Shown here in pieces: positions 33,011 to 45,035 of a stretch of 64,000 bases of DNA; the stretch's first letter is position 1, and each line of letters begins with the position of its first letter. The notes under the pieces are model-generated. The model worked only from the letters and a program-made list of their open reading frames with translations. It made no database searches and had not been told where the DNA came from. The stretch is from NCBI RefSeq assembly GCF_009914755.1, contig NC_060928.1. One strand, given 5' to 3'. The DNA is from the human T2T-CHM13v2.0 reference genome, Homo sapiens. The position numbers and the translations under genes were made by a program.

Positions 33011-33345
33011 TCCAAGTTATATCCAAAGGTGGAATGCCAATCCATATCTTTATGTTACCCATCCCTTTCATTTTTTCTGAACGGGAGTCGGAGATCACTG
33101 ATTGGCTCATAGGAATAAACAGAATCAGTCTCTTGTGTTCCGTTGGCCTGTGGGACTTCATAAGAGACAGGTTTAATTTGAGATAAGTGGACCCAGCTGT
33201 TTATTCCCAGAAGTTTAACTGCAGTTGGGATGCTAAGGAGAACTTGCTGGGGTCACTCACATTTTGGGGAAAGCTGATCTGCTGGCATCCTTCCTTCCAA
33301 GTTTTTAATAGGACACAGTCTCCCAGCTGGATTGTAACCACCACC

Positions 33346-34935
33346 TTAGTTCTTCCTTAGTGGGGAAGGGAGTCTTTGATTTCCATATTCAAGGAGTGCG
33401 TTTTTCACTTGTCTTGAGTTGATCACATAATTCTGTAGCTTGAAATTATCTATGTCTATTAAGAGGTCTGTAGTTAAGAAAGGCCTTCCATACATTATTT
33501 CGAAAGGGCTGAGCTGCAGATTTCCCTTACGGGCCACTTGAACCTATAATAAGGCTACAGGTAATAAAGACAGCCTGGTTTCTGATGTCTCTTGGCGTAG
33601 TTTAGCAAAAGTCCTTTTTAGAGTTTGATTAGCTCTTTTTCCTTTTCCCAAAGACTGTGGCCTCCATGGTGAGTGAAAGCGGTACTGAATTCCTAGGGCT
33701 GAAGATATGTTTTGGATAATTGTCACTGTGAAAGATAGGTCATTATCACTCAGTAAGCTCCTAGGCAGCCCAAATCTAGGAATTATTTCCTTTAGTAGGA
33801 GTTTAGAAACCTCATTTGCCTTTTCAGACCGGGTGGGAAAAGCTTTGATCCAACCCATAAAGGTGTCAATGAATATTAATAAATATTTAAACCCTTTACA
33901 TGGGGACATCTGAGTATAGTCTGTTTACCAATCTTCATCAGGGTATGTTCCCCTATGCAGAACAGGCCTTACTAGAGGAGGAGGTAAAGACTGATTATTT
34001 AGGTTATTCTGGGCACACAGTTCACAGGCCCGAGTTACCCACTTTACTGTTTTAAGTAAGCCTTTTCTTATAAAAAGCTGGGACATTAATTGAAACAGGG
34101 AATCTCTTCCCAAATGAGTACAGTCATGAAAATGTTAACTATTTTTCACTGACGAGCACCTGGTATTAACTGTTTGTTGTCATGGATAAGCCAGCCAGAA
34201 GGATCTTGCATTAAACCCTGGCCTTTAGCCCATTCTTGTTCCTCTTTAGTATACCTAGGTTCTGTCATTATCCTGGCTTAGGACATTAGCATGCGGACAA
34301 GTCCAACTAGCTCCTTTAACGCTGCTGCCTTAGCAGCTGCATCTGCAAAAGAATTTCCCTTAGCCACACTAGAGTCTCCTTTTTGATGTCCTCTGCAACC
34401 GATTACAACTTCTTCCTTGGGCAGCAAAACAGCACCCAATAGATTTAGAATTTCTAAGTGATGTTTTATAGGAGAACCCTTAGCAGTTAGGAGTCCCTGT
34501 TCCTTCCAGATAGCAGCATGAGCATGAAGTACCAGAAAGGCATACTCAGAATCAGTGTAAATGTTAATTCTTAAGTCCTTTCCCAATTGCAGGGCTCTAA
34601 TAACAGCTATTAATTCTGCCTTTTGAGCTGAGGTAGAAGCTGGTAAGGCCTGAGATTCAGTTACCTGTTATTGACTGACAACAGCATACCTAGCTTTCCT
34701 GTTTCCCTGGTGCACAAAGCTACTTCCATCTGTAAACCATTCTACCTCAGGATTATCTAGAGTCTCATCCTTTAAATCTGGATGGCTGGAGTAAACTTTC
34801 TCCATAACTTGTAAACAAGAATGATCTAGGGTGCCTGTGGGTTCAGGCAAATAGGTAGCTGGATTCAAAGTTTGACATACTTTAAGTCTTATATCAGGAG
34901 TGTCTAGCAATAAAGCCTGATATTTATTCACAGGA
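33346..34935 (-). pseudogene. pol: pol remnant: connection/RNase H and integrase, RT absent
   Basis: LNPATYLP, WFTDGSS, NIYTDSEYAF, CELC zinc finger, IDTFMGW, HSPWRPQS, SPFEIMYGRP. Confidence 0.9.
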
Positions 34936-35304
34936 AAGGAGAAGGAGGAATTTCTTGTCTGCCTCCTGATTTCCAAAAGATACCACTGTTTGCATTTGAG
35001 TCAACAACAAGGGAATGGGGCATTCAGGAGAAAACCAAACTCCCTGAAGATCAGCTTAGAGGATAGGTAAAGTGAAGTCTATGGGCTTGTCCATCTATCC
35101 CCTTGACCACACAGTTTTGGGGTGACAGAAGCCCATTATAATGGGTCAAAACAAAGTAAGCAGTCCAGAAGGAAGTTAATGTTCTTACCTGCCATGTCAA
35201 GCGTTACCAAGGCTCCTCTGGATATATGTTGTCCAACAGGAGCTGTGATGGAAGGTCTTGCTTCACAAGACCTTGTTACTCTTGTTACTCTTGGGCTTGC
35301 CTGG

Positions 35305-36600
35305 CTATTTTGGCCATGATTGGTTTGGGTGCCGATGGCTCCCTTCAGAATCTGGGCAACCCCTCTTCCAGTGGCCAGTTTTTTTACAGTGTGTACACTG
35401 ATTTATGCTCAAGGTGCAGTGACTTAGATGCCCAGCTTTGGGCTTCCCACCTTTCAGCTCCCCTTGTTCAAGCCAAGAGCCAGGAGGGTAACCCCATGTA
35501 GGAAGTGAGCTTAAGGCTGCAGCCAAGAGCTGCACCTTGTGGGAAGTCCTTCTTTCTCTTTCGGCTTCCTCTGCTTTGTCCCTGTCATTAAAAACTAAAA
35601 ATTCCATGTCCAAAAGCTGTCCTATAGGAGTTTGGGGACCCATAGCTGCTTTTTGTAGTTTCCTATGAATATCAGGGGCAGACTAGGTTCTAAAATGTGC
35701 TCCCAAAAGGGTCTGTCCTTCCCTTGAGGCAAGATCAGTGTTAGTATATTTCCTGATGGCCTCAACTAAACACCCTTGAAACAAAGCTGGATTCTCATCT
35801 TTGCCCTGAGAAACTTCCTTAACCTTTTAATAGATAACAGGCTTTTTCATACATTTCTTCATCTCTTCCAACAAACAAGTGACCCTATGATTTCTCCTCT
35901 CCAAGTCCTCACTGCTCCGTTAAGAGTTCCACTCTGGATCTTGATCTAGAACTCCTGTACCTCCTGCTTAATATATTGTATAGTTTGGGTTGCAAGCCAA
36001 TACCTCAACTATGTGGGTCCTAGCTGTCCCCAAAATGCATTGTTTCCCTTCCACTGTACAACACAGAGACAACAAAACATTCAGATCCTGCCAAATTAAA
36101 CTATAGGTCAGAGTTAATTTTTCAAACTTATATATGAATTTTCTTGGATCTTCAAATAAATGACCAAACTTCTCTTTGCATAGAGCCAAATCAGACATGG
36201 AAAAGAGAACATGTACCCTCACAGTGCCTTCTTCCCCATTTGCCACCTCTAAGTGGACAAAGGTTTCGCTTTGGAGGTTGATAGGAGGCTCCACTATGAG
36301 TAGTACTCACTGGGCTAAGCTCCTTAGGGAGTGGTGGGTGTAGAGTGGGACTACGTGGGTAAGAAGGAGGGGGCGAATTGTTCTCAATACAACTTTCAGG
36401 TGGACTAGAGGGAGAAAGGACCAACACATCTGAACCTTCAGAGTTGACAGAAGGAAGTGTTGCTCCACCCGAAACTGCCTGCCAATTCCGGGGCAGGGGG
36501 TGGGAGGTGGGCAGGGGATGGCGTTGCATTAAAGGATCATCTAGTATGTCTAGATCTTTTTCTTCTTTTCCTCTCATCAAACATGATTCACATTGCCCAT
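35305..36600 (-). pseudogene. gag: gag remnant
   Basis: VRVHVLFSMSDL capsid start, proline-rich PPPSY region, zinc knuckle CTHCKKTGHWKRGC; stops and frameshifts. Confidence 0.9.
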
Positions 36601-37454
36601 ATAATATTAGTGAGCTGAGACATGAATCTTAAATAAATCACAAGGTCTTTGAAAAAAAGGTTGAATAAGGCAAAGGAAATGAAGAGGATTTAGATGGGAA
36701 TGACCAGAGCAAGCAGCTTCTGGCCAATAGTGGCAGTGTGGATTGGACAAGTAAAGCCAGTTTGCCCGAATCCAGGAAAGGAAAGAAGTTTTTTCATGTG
36801 CAAAATGAGACAAAACAGCAAAGAGAAAAGTTCCCTGATTTCCATCCTAGTGCTTCTCGATCACATGTAGTCTGCATAGCAGCAACAAAACATAGCTACA
36901 TCTATCTAATCTTATTGCTCATAGCTGTTAAATATCGATCTCAATCAGCAATTTTAGAGATGGAGCCTTCAATGATTTTTGTTCCCAATGTTTCACAAGC
37001 GAGTGGACAGAAATCGGGAGGCGCATAGGAAATGAGTAAGGTAAAATTCCTAAGACTAGTTAAATAAAGTCTCCTGAAAATGACAGTGAAACACAGACAA
37101 CAACCAAGAAATTGATGTATGCAGCAAGGAGGACAAGGCAGATTAATATGAAGAGCATAGCCTGTGGTGCCAAACCCATTTTCAGCCAAGAAGGACTTTA
37201 CTGAGAGGAGCCTGTAACCCCCTAAATCTTAGAAGGGACTCTAACCCTCCTAAGTTGGGCCTCTAATCCAAGGTCAGTCAAGCGTCCTTGCCTTTTTTTA
37301 TTAAGAGAGGCGTCTAACCCATTCTGTCTTTGGAGAGACTCTACCTCCCCTAACCCCATCCTATTCTTTACCCAGGTACCCCCGCACTTATCCAAAGTCG
37401 TCCAATCATTGCTGCAGTCTATTTCCTTTGGGTTGGAGGGGTTTCTTCAGTATC

Positions 37455-37473
37455 GTCTCTTCTGTGGTCTCCA
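37455..37473 (-). other. Degenerate primer-binding site (tRNA-Arg-like)
   Basis: TGGAGACCACAGAAGAGAC just inside the 5' LTR, versus TGGCGACCACGAAGGGAC for tRNA-Arg(TCG). Confidence 0.6.
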
Positions 37474-38189
37474 GAAATATGTTACAGAAAAGGGGTCCCA
37501 GTCCAGACCCCAAGAGAGAGTTCTTAGATGTCATGCAAGAAATAATTCAGGGAGAGTCCAGTGTGCAAAGCAAAAGCAAGTTTATTAAGAAAGTACAGTG
37601 GTGAAACGACAGCTACTCCATAGACAGAGTAGGACATTCCTGAAAGTAGGAGAAGGAACGCATCCACCCTGGGTACGATACTTGTATATATGAGGAGATG
37701 TGCTCTGCTACAAGGGTTTGTGATAAAAAATTAATTTTCGTAATTACTATATTTTGCAAGAATTGATGTTATTATCTTCAAAGCAAAATTAGGAATGCCT
37801 TTGTTCTCCAGATATTGGGATATTAGGACACTCCCAAGTCTGGGTCTGTTTAGTAAACATTATTAATCTGTTCCCTTAACAGTAAACATCTAGAGGCTGG
37901 GAATACCTTTCTTTCTGAGAATGCAGCCCAGCAAGTCTCAGCCTCACTTTCCTTGCCCTCACTCAAAATGGAGTTGCTCTGGTTTGAACATCTCTGACAT
38001 AACTATTAGCAATACATTTCAGACATAGAAGCTCATAACTGGCCCTAGTATAGATAATATCAGCCCTAGGCTTTATAAAATAGCTTGAACTCTATCTCTA
38101 TATGCCTCACAGAAATGACTTAATTGACTTGATATGGATAACTTGAAACTAACGTAACTTAAAAAAAACTCACAAAATTTGTATTGTAT

Positions 38190-38863
38190 TGAAACCACAT
38201 TTGCAAAATTATGACTGAGACAGTGAAAAAGATCTAAGTTAATCAACTCCATTTTTCTTCTAATCTCCAAGTTGTCCTTGTTCATTCCTGGGTGTATGCT
38301 GAACTAACTTTGGGAGAAACTTAGTTTACAGTTTAAACAAAGACGGTAACAGACCTTTCTCAAAGCAGACCTCCTTCTTGCCTGGGGACTAGATTGCCTT
38401 TGTAGGACTAACACTAGCCACAAGATTAGAATTTATGGTTTAGGAGGCAGGCAGTTGGAGGCTACAAGATTCTGACCCTCCCTAAACTGCTCCTAAGATC
38501 AGTGCTTAAGATATTTTGCAGACCCTGCACTTGACGGATCAGCTGGCACCACCCAGATTGGCTCATTTGATCTTGTGACCCCACCCAGGAACTGACTCAG
38601 TGCCAGAAGACAGCTTAAACTCCCTATGATTTCATCCCTGACCAATCAGCACTCCTGGCTTACAGGCTTCCCCCTATCCACCAAGTTGTCCTTAAAAACT
38701 GTGCTCCCTGAATACTCGTGGAGACTGATTTGAGTAATAATAGAACTCCGATCTCCCACACAACTGGCTCTGTGTGAATTACTCTTTCTCTATTGCAATT
38801 CCCCTGTTTTGATAAATCAGCTTTGTCTAGGCAGTGGGCAAGGTGAACCTATTGGGCATTACA
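38190..38863 (+). mobile_element. LTR8 solo LTR
   Basis: tgaaaccacatttgcaaaattatgactgagacagtg ... gggcattaca; perfect TSD gtat. Confidence 0.9.
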
Positions 38864-39059
38864 GTATTATTAGTAACAAAATATAACTTACCTCATGATA
38901 AATTAAGATATATTGATGTATCACTGAAGAACTGCTCTGTGCCTTGGTATGCAAAACCATGAATATTATTTTTGACCTACTTCCTTATTAGTTTCACCTG
39001 AAAATTATGAGAATTTCCTCCTTTTTCACTTGTTCTTCTTGTATGCCACTGATTACCCC

Positions 39060-40195
39060 TACCTTCATTATCCATTACCCTCTTTTCAATGTTAGTAATA
39101 TAATGTCCTCCAAGATTTCAGCTGGGCACATGGCTGCTCAGCTGGACATTTCCCAGCCTCCCATGCAGCTAGGTGTGGTCATGTGACTGGGTACTGGCCA
39201 ATTACATGTGAGCAGAAGTTATGTTACCAACTTCCATGCCAAATTCCAAAAAAAGTAATTATTTGCATTTGGTACCACTTTTAGACCCAGGCAACAGGAT
39301 TGCCTTCCATGAGGCCTGTACTTTTCAAGGCCCTATTCTGGATGTGTCCCTCCCTATAGGGTGAGAATTCTGCAGGACCAAAGGGACCTGCTCACCTCCA
39401 TATGGTTCTTCTAGACCAAGCTTTAAGTCCATGGAACCTTAGAATTCCTTGCCCAAATGTCTCTGAACCTGCTTCCAGAGCCTGCATGAGCTCTTCTGTG
39501 GATCTATCCTCCTGAGTGTAAACCATGCCACCAGTTCGTTCACTCCTAGGATGAAGGCTCACTGAGGAACAGCTGTATAGTGGGGAGGTATACAGACAAG
39601 AGTGTCTATACCTTGTACACAAGGATGCTGGCTGTGCAGGATGGAGCTGCAGTGGGGGAGAACAAGTGGTCAGCCATAGGCTCAGGGTCAGGTGTGAATT
39701 CTCCCTATACTGTCCTGTCCAGCTCAGAATTCCAAGAGGTCTGAGAATCCTAAATTTGCCCCTGGATTTCCAGGCAGTTAAGAAGGTATACCTGTCAAAA
39801 CAGTAGGTTCGTTGGCAGTGTTTTTGCTTGTTTAATAATTTGGAAATATTTAGACAAATAGCATGTGGGCCTATAATTGTATCTCTGTCCTGGTCTCCTG
39901 AGTTCAGAAAAAGGCCTGCTTACACCTTTCTTCCTTTTTTCCTTAGGCTGGAATACAGATGTGTTGCTGACCAGCAAGCTCTGACCTTGTATGAACAAAT
40001 ACAGTATCTAAAGGGATGGCAGAGCAACCCAGTCAAAGGAACTGACTTCCTGAATGAGCCTGCATTCTAGAGCCACCCCAGCTCTGGAATGCTCATACCT
40101 AACTGTTCCCTGGAGAAATGCCAACTTCTCTCTTGTTTGAAACACTGCATTTTGGATTTTCTTTTTAATCAGTATGATCTGTATTCTAACCAACA
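39060..40195 (+). mobile_element. MLT1J-like LTR pieces with an unidentified insert (~39290-39915)
   Basis: acatttcccagcctcccatgcagctaggtgtggtcatgtgac at ~39146; MLT1-like end resumes after 39920. Confidence 0.5.
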
Positions 40196-40329
40196 CAATG
40201 AGTTTCAGTCTCTTCTTCCCACTCTGCACACCACTGGTTCTATTTGAAGACCTTCTTAATAAGATGAATAGATTCCTAGTGAAGCACACTCTTTCTACTA
40301 AATATAAGATTCACTTTGTCTCATACTGG

Positions 40330-40920
40330 GTGCTCTGCAGCCAGACTGCTTGAGTTTGTGTCTCAGGTGTCCTTTTACTTTCTATATGTGACCTTGACAA
40401 TGTTAGTCAACCTCTCTGTGTCTCATGTTTCTCATTTGTAAAATGGAGATTAAAATAGTTTCTTCCTTCTCAGGTTGTTGGGAGATTAGATGAGAATCTT
40501 AGTCTGTTCAGGTATAACAAAATAATATCAACTGGGTGGCTTATAAACAGTAGAAATTTATTTCTCATAGATCTGTAGGCTGTAAGTCCAAGATTAAGAC
40601 ACCAGCAGATTCAGTATCTGGTAAAGACTGGCTTTCTGGATCACAAACGACAATCATCTCACTGCATTTTCACATGCTGGAAGAGCTGAGTAAGCTCTCT
40701 GAGGTCTCTTTCCTAAGGGCACTAATCCCATTCATGAGGGCTTTACCACCATGACATAATCACCTCCAAGAATCCCACCTCCAAATGCTATCACATTAGA
40801 CATTAAGAATTAGCATGAATTTTGGGGGAAACAAACATTCTGTCTATACATGCACAAGACCAAGAACAATATCTGGCAAAAGTAGGCTATCAATAAATTT
40901 CAAATTTTTTATTATTATTT
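40330..40920 (+). mobile_element. MIR interrupted by MLT1A0
   Basis: MIR core tttctcatttgtaaaatggagat; resumes after 40850. Confidence 0.7.
40497..40850 (-). mobile_element. MLT1A0-like solo LTR
   Basis: cttagtctgttcagg...gggtggcttataaacag...gaattttgggggaaacaaacattc. Confidence 0.8.
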
Positions 40921-41950
40921 GTTTCAACTGGCTTTCATTTTTTATTAGATTGTGCTACAGTAACAAACAGTTCCCAAATCTCAGTGACTTACAACAAAAA
41001 AGCTTATCTCCTTGCTCACCTTGCATGAGAGCTACAGCTCTGTTTCAAATAGCTCCTTCTTCCCATGATCAGGCTGTTTGAGACACTGGTGTTCTTGTGG
41101 AAGAGGTAAAAAATATATAGATATAGCAGAACAACGCAATAGCTTCCAAGATACCTACAGAACTTCTGCTCACATTTCATTGGACAAAGCAAGTCACATG
41201 GCCAATCTTGATATCCCTAGGGTAGAGAAGCATAACCCACTCACATAGAGGGGCAGTGAAAAGTGGGAAATAATAATGCAGTCTACCACATTATCAATCT
41301 AGTGCCAAAGCTGTGGTGCGTAAAACCACATTCTTTGACAGCTGCGATTTTGCTGGCTCAACAACACACCTTCTTAACTCCCAAAGTGACAAATGGAGAG
41401 GGAGATGTTTGATCCATCTGTGCCCCTGATTTTCCACGTCCCTGATTTTTCTACCCCTGATTTAAGTGATCACAACAGCATTTTATATTTTTCCTTTCTT
41501 AATCCTTCCTTCTCCTACAACTAGGGAGGCAGGAGAAATGGGTTTGATGGTTTTTAGGCTGCAAGGCCATAGAAAAACTTTGGGGGTAGATTGTGTTATT
41601 GCTCTCAACTCTTTATTCTCCCTTTGTACAAAAGAAGTGTATGTCCTGCCTGTTTCCATGAATATTCAGTGTCTCTTATGAGAAAAAGAATATACAGCCC
41701 AGTCCTATTGACATAGGGCTTGGCCATGTAACTTGCTTTGGCCAATAAAGTGGAAATAGATATAACTTATGCCACATTTAAACAGAAGCCCTTTGCCATA
41801 AGAGTAGCACGTTGTAAACAGGGGTTCCTTCACCCTGTATCCCAAGCAAAGTCACATCCAACAGAAGCGAAGCTTTGTTGCTGCAAACCACAGAGCATTG
41901 GGCATCATTTGTTACCACGGCAGAGAGAATCAATGTGCCTTTTGATTTAG
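40920..41950. mobile_element. Old MLT1 LTR fragments (40920-41290 and ~41580-41950)
   Basis: aaagcaagtcacatggccaa; ggcttggccatgtaacttgctttggccaat. Confidence 0.55.
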
Positions 41951-43407
41951 CACCATCTGTCATCACACACCCACCTCAATCCTTTGAAGTTGGGAGGTGC
42001 AGAGCTCTATTTCTTGTCCCTCCCTCCCTTAATGGGCATCAAGATTCTTCACAGGGAAAATGTTCCACAGAGCATGGGAGCTTAGTTCTTCTGAGTGGCC
42101 AGTTTTGCCTCCTGTGGAAATAGGCTCTTGTGAATAACACCAGCAGTAGTGTCTTCTTCTCTTCCCCTCCAGTATCATACACTCATATTCAATCCTTGAT
42201 ATCAAATTTGATTCTCCTCTGATTTCTTGGCATACTAATTTTTTTCTGTTTCCTGCTTGGATAACTTATCTCATGCTCTCCAGAAATACTTCATGAACTA
42301 GAGCAAAGAAAGGCAGGTAAAAGGGTACAATAGTGACAAACAGGCAAGACCCTGCCCTCATAGAGCTTAGATTCTAGTAGGAAAGACAGACAAGAAATGA
42401 TAAACAAAAACGCAACGTCAGATGGTGAGGAGTGCTATGTAAGAAAAATAAATCAAATAAGGGGAATAAGAATGACAGAGTTTTACATTAGCCTGGGTGG
42501 GCTGGAGCAACTGCATGTGTTAACACACTTTAGCATGGTACCACTATGTCCACACACCGTAGACTATGTCTTTGGCTAAACCACAGGATGTCGCTAGCAA
42601 AAATCCTGAGTGCTGACCATTTTCAGTATCTTTAGCACATATGGTATCAGTCACACCTGAGAATATCCCACTGTGTTCTACTTGCTGCTTTGAGAACCCC
42701 AGTGCTGTCTTCTTTCTTAATTGTAGACCAATGTGTTGATGACTCACCTCAGGTTTGTGTATTGCATTGTTTTAAAATATTTCTCTTTGTGCCTCAAATT
42801 TAGAAGGGAACTCAAGACAGCAGTGAGGAAACAAGAAATAGGAGAAAATATTTGTTTGCATTTGGCAAAAGAGAAGCCGAAAAAGAGCCTGGGCTGTTGC
42901 ACTTTACAACTTTGCTCCCTTCCTCCACCCCTCGAATTGGGGTTCATTTATAACAGGGAAGCAGCTTGACAAGAAGCAAATATGACTTATCTGTAATATT
43001 TTATTTATTTTAAAAAAGAAAGAAAGACTAGAACCAAATCTGACTAAACTTAAAACTTACTAATTTTGCATGGTAGAAAGATGAATGTTTGTCATGTGGG
43101 TCTTTATTCCCTTCTATGTTTAAAATGTATCTTTAAAAAAAGGTTCTAAAGGAAAAAGAAGAACAGAAGATTCAAAACATTTGATCAGAACATTTGGTAC
43201 CAGCCCTTGCATTACCATGTCAGTCTATGTGTCCCTGAGCAAGTTATTGAAGTTCTCTAAGCCTTGTGATCATAAGACCTGTCTTTTAGGATGTGGTTAA
43301 TATTAAATCAGAATATGTATGCAGAACACCCAGCATTGGACCTAGATTCATATGTTCTTAATTCATGGTGGCCACTATGGCTACTTTCTGATTTCCCAAA
43401 ATGTGTC

Positions 43408-44135
43408 TGCTACAGTTTTAAATGTATATTCTCTCCGAAATTCCTGTTGTAACTTAATCCCCACTGTGGTGGTGTATTAGTCTGTCCTTATACTGCTAAT
43501 AAAGACATACCCAAGATTGGGTAATTTATAAAAGAAAGAGGTTTAATGGACTCACTCTTCCAGATGGCTGGGGAGGCCTCACAATCATGGCAGAAGACGA
43601 AGGAAGAGTAAAGGAACATCTTATGTGGTGACAGGAAAGAGAGCTTGTGTAGGGAAACTCTCCTTTATAAAACCATCAGATCTCATGAGACTTATTCAAT
43701 ATCATGAGGACAGCACAGGAAAGGCCCGTCCAATGATTCACTTACCTCCCACTGGGTCCCTCCCATGACACGTGGGAATTATGGGAACTACAGTTAAAGA
43801 AGAGATTTGCGTGGAGACACAGTCAAACCTTATCAGGTGGTATTAAGAGACAGGGCCTTTGTGGAATGAATTAAAGCACTTATAAAAGAGGCTTCAGAGA
43901 CCGTCTTCCCTCTCTTTTCCTTCCACCCCTCTGCCATGTGAGGACACGGCATCCCTTCCCTCCTGAGGATCCAGCCACAAGATGCCATCTTGGAAGCAGA
44001 GAGACAGGGCCCTCACCAGCCACCACCTTGATCTTGGACTGCTCAGATTCCAGGACTATGAGAAATAAGTTTCTTTTGTTTATAAATTACCCAGTCTGTG
44101 GTATTTTATTATAGCAGCATGAACAGACTAAAGCA
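43408..44135 (+). mobile_element. MSTB-like solo LTR interrupted by THE1B
   Basis: TG...CA ends; perfect TSD gtgtc at 43403-43407 and 44136-44140. Confidence 0.85.
43473..43835 (-). mobile_element. THE1B solo LTR
   Basis: tgtattagtc...ctgctaataaagacataccc ... aaccttatca; perfect TSD ggtgg. Confidence 0.92.
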
Positions 44136-44645
44136 GTGTCTATGGAACAATAATACCACAAGAGGTTCCCAGGTATTCTGAGGTCAAGAAAGTTTAGGAA
44201 ACTCTATACATTTCATTTCCTTCTTGAAGATTCAGAGTGACAACAGGATATTAATAACACAGAGAATTTCGACAGTTAAGAAATCTGTTTTGTTTATCTT
44301 TGTCTTTTCATTTACATCACTATTTCCCAGGTTTTGAACATGAGACACGGGCCTACAGTACTTTTGCCTAAAAAGAAGAAATGAAGCTACACTTGGGGTT
44401 CCTAAACTTTGTGAGAAAGGCTTTTAATTTCTTTTCCTCGAAAAACATGATGCAGAAGTTGGAGGGGCAGCTACAAAGTGACCATATTCTTCTCACTACT
44501 GGGACATGTGGTAACCTGTAGAGAGGGAGGGCTCAAAGCTGCACCTGACATGGGGCCAACCAATAAAGCCCTGAAGTCCACTGCTGGGTACTCATTAACT
44601 GGTTGGAAAGCTAACCCTGTTATTCTTTACAATTAGAAAATTATG

Positions 44646-45035
<390 letters not shown>

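Larger units (their letters stand above)
31862..37999 (-). mobile_element. MER41(C/D)-type ERV1 provirus, internally deleted
   Basis: LTRs 31862-32384 and 37480-37999; 4-bp TSD taac at 31858-31861 and 38000-38003; PPT beside 32385; degenerate PBS; gag/pro/RNaseH/IN/env remnants. Confidence 0.9.
43388..44330. mobile_element. Charlie4-like hAT fragment interrupted by MSTB
   Basis: atttcccaaaatgtgtc joins to tatggaaca...gtcaagaaagtttaggaaac...cttgaagattca. Confidence 0.5.
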
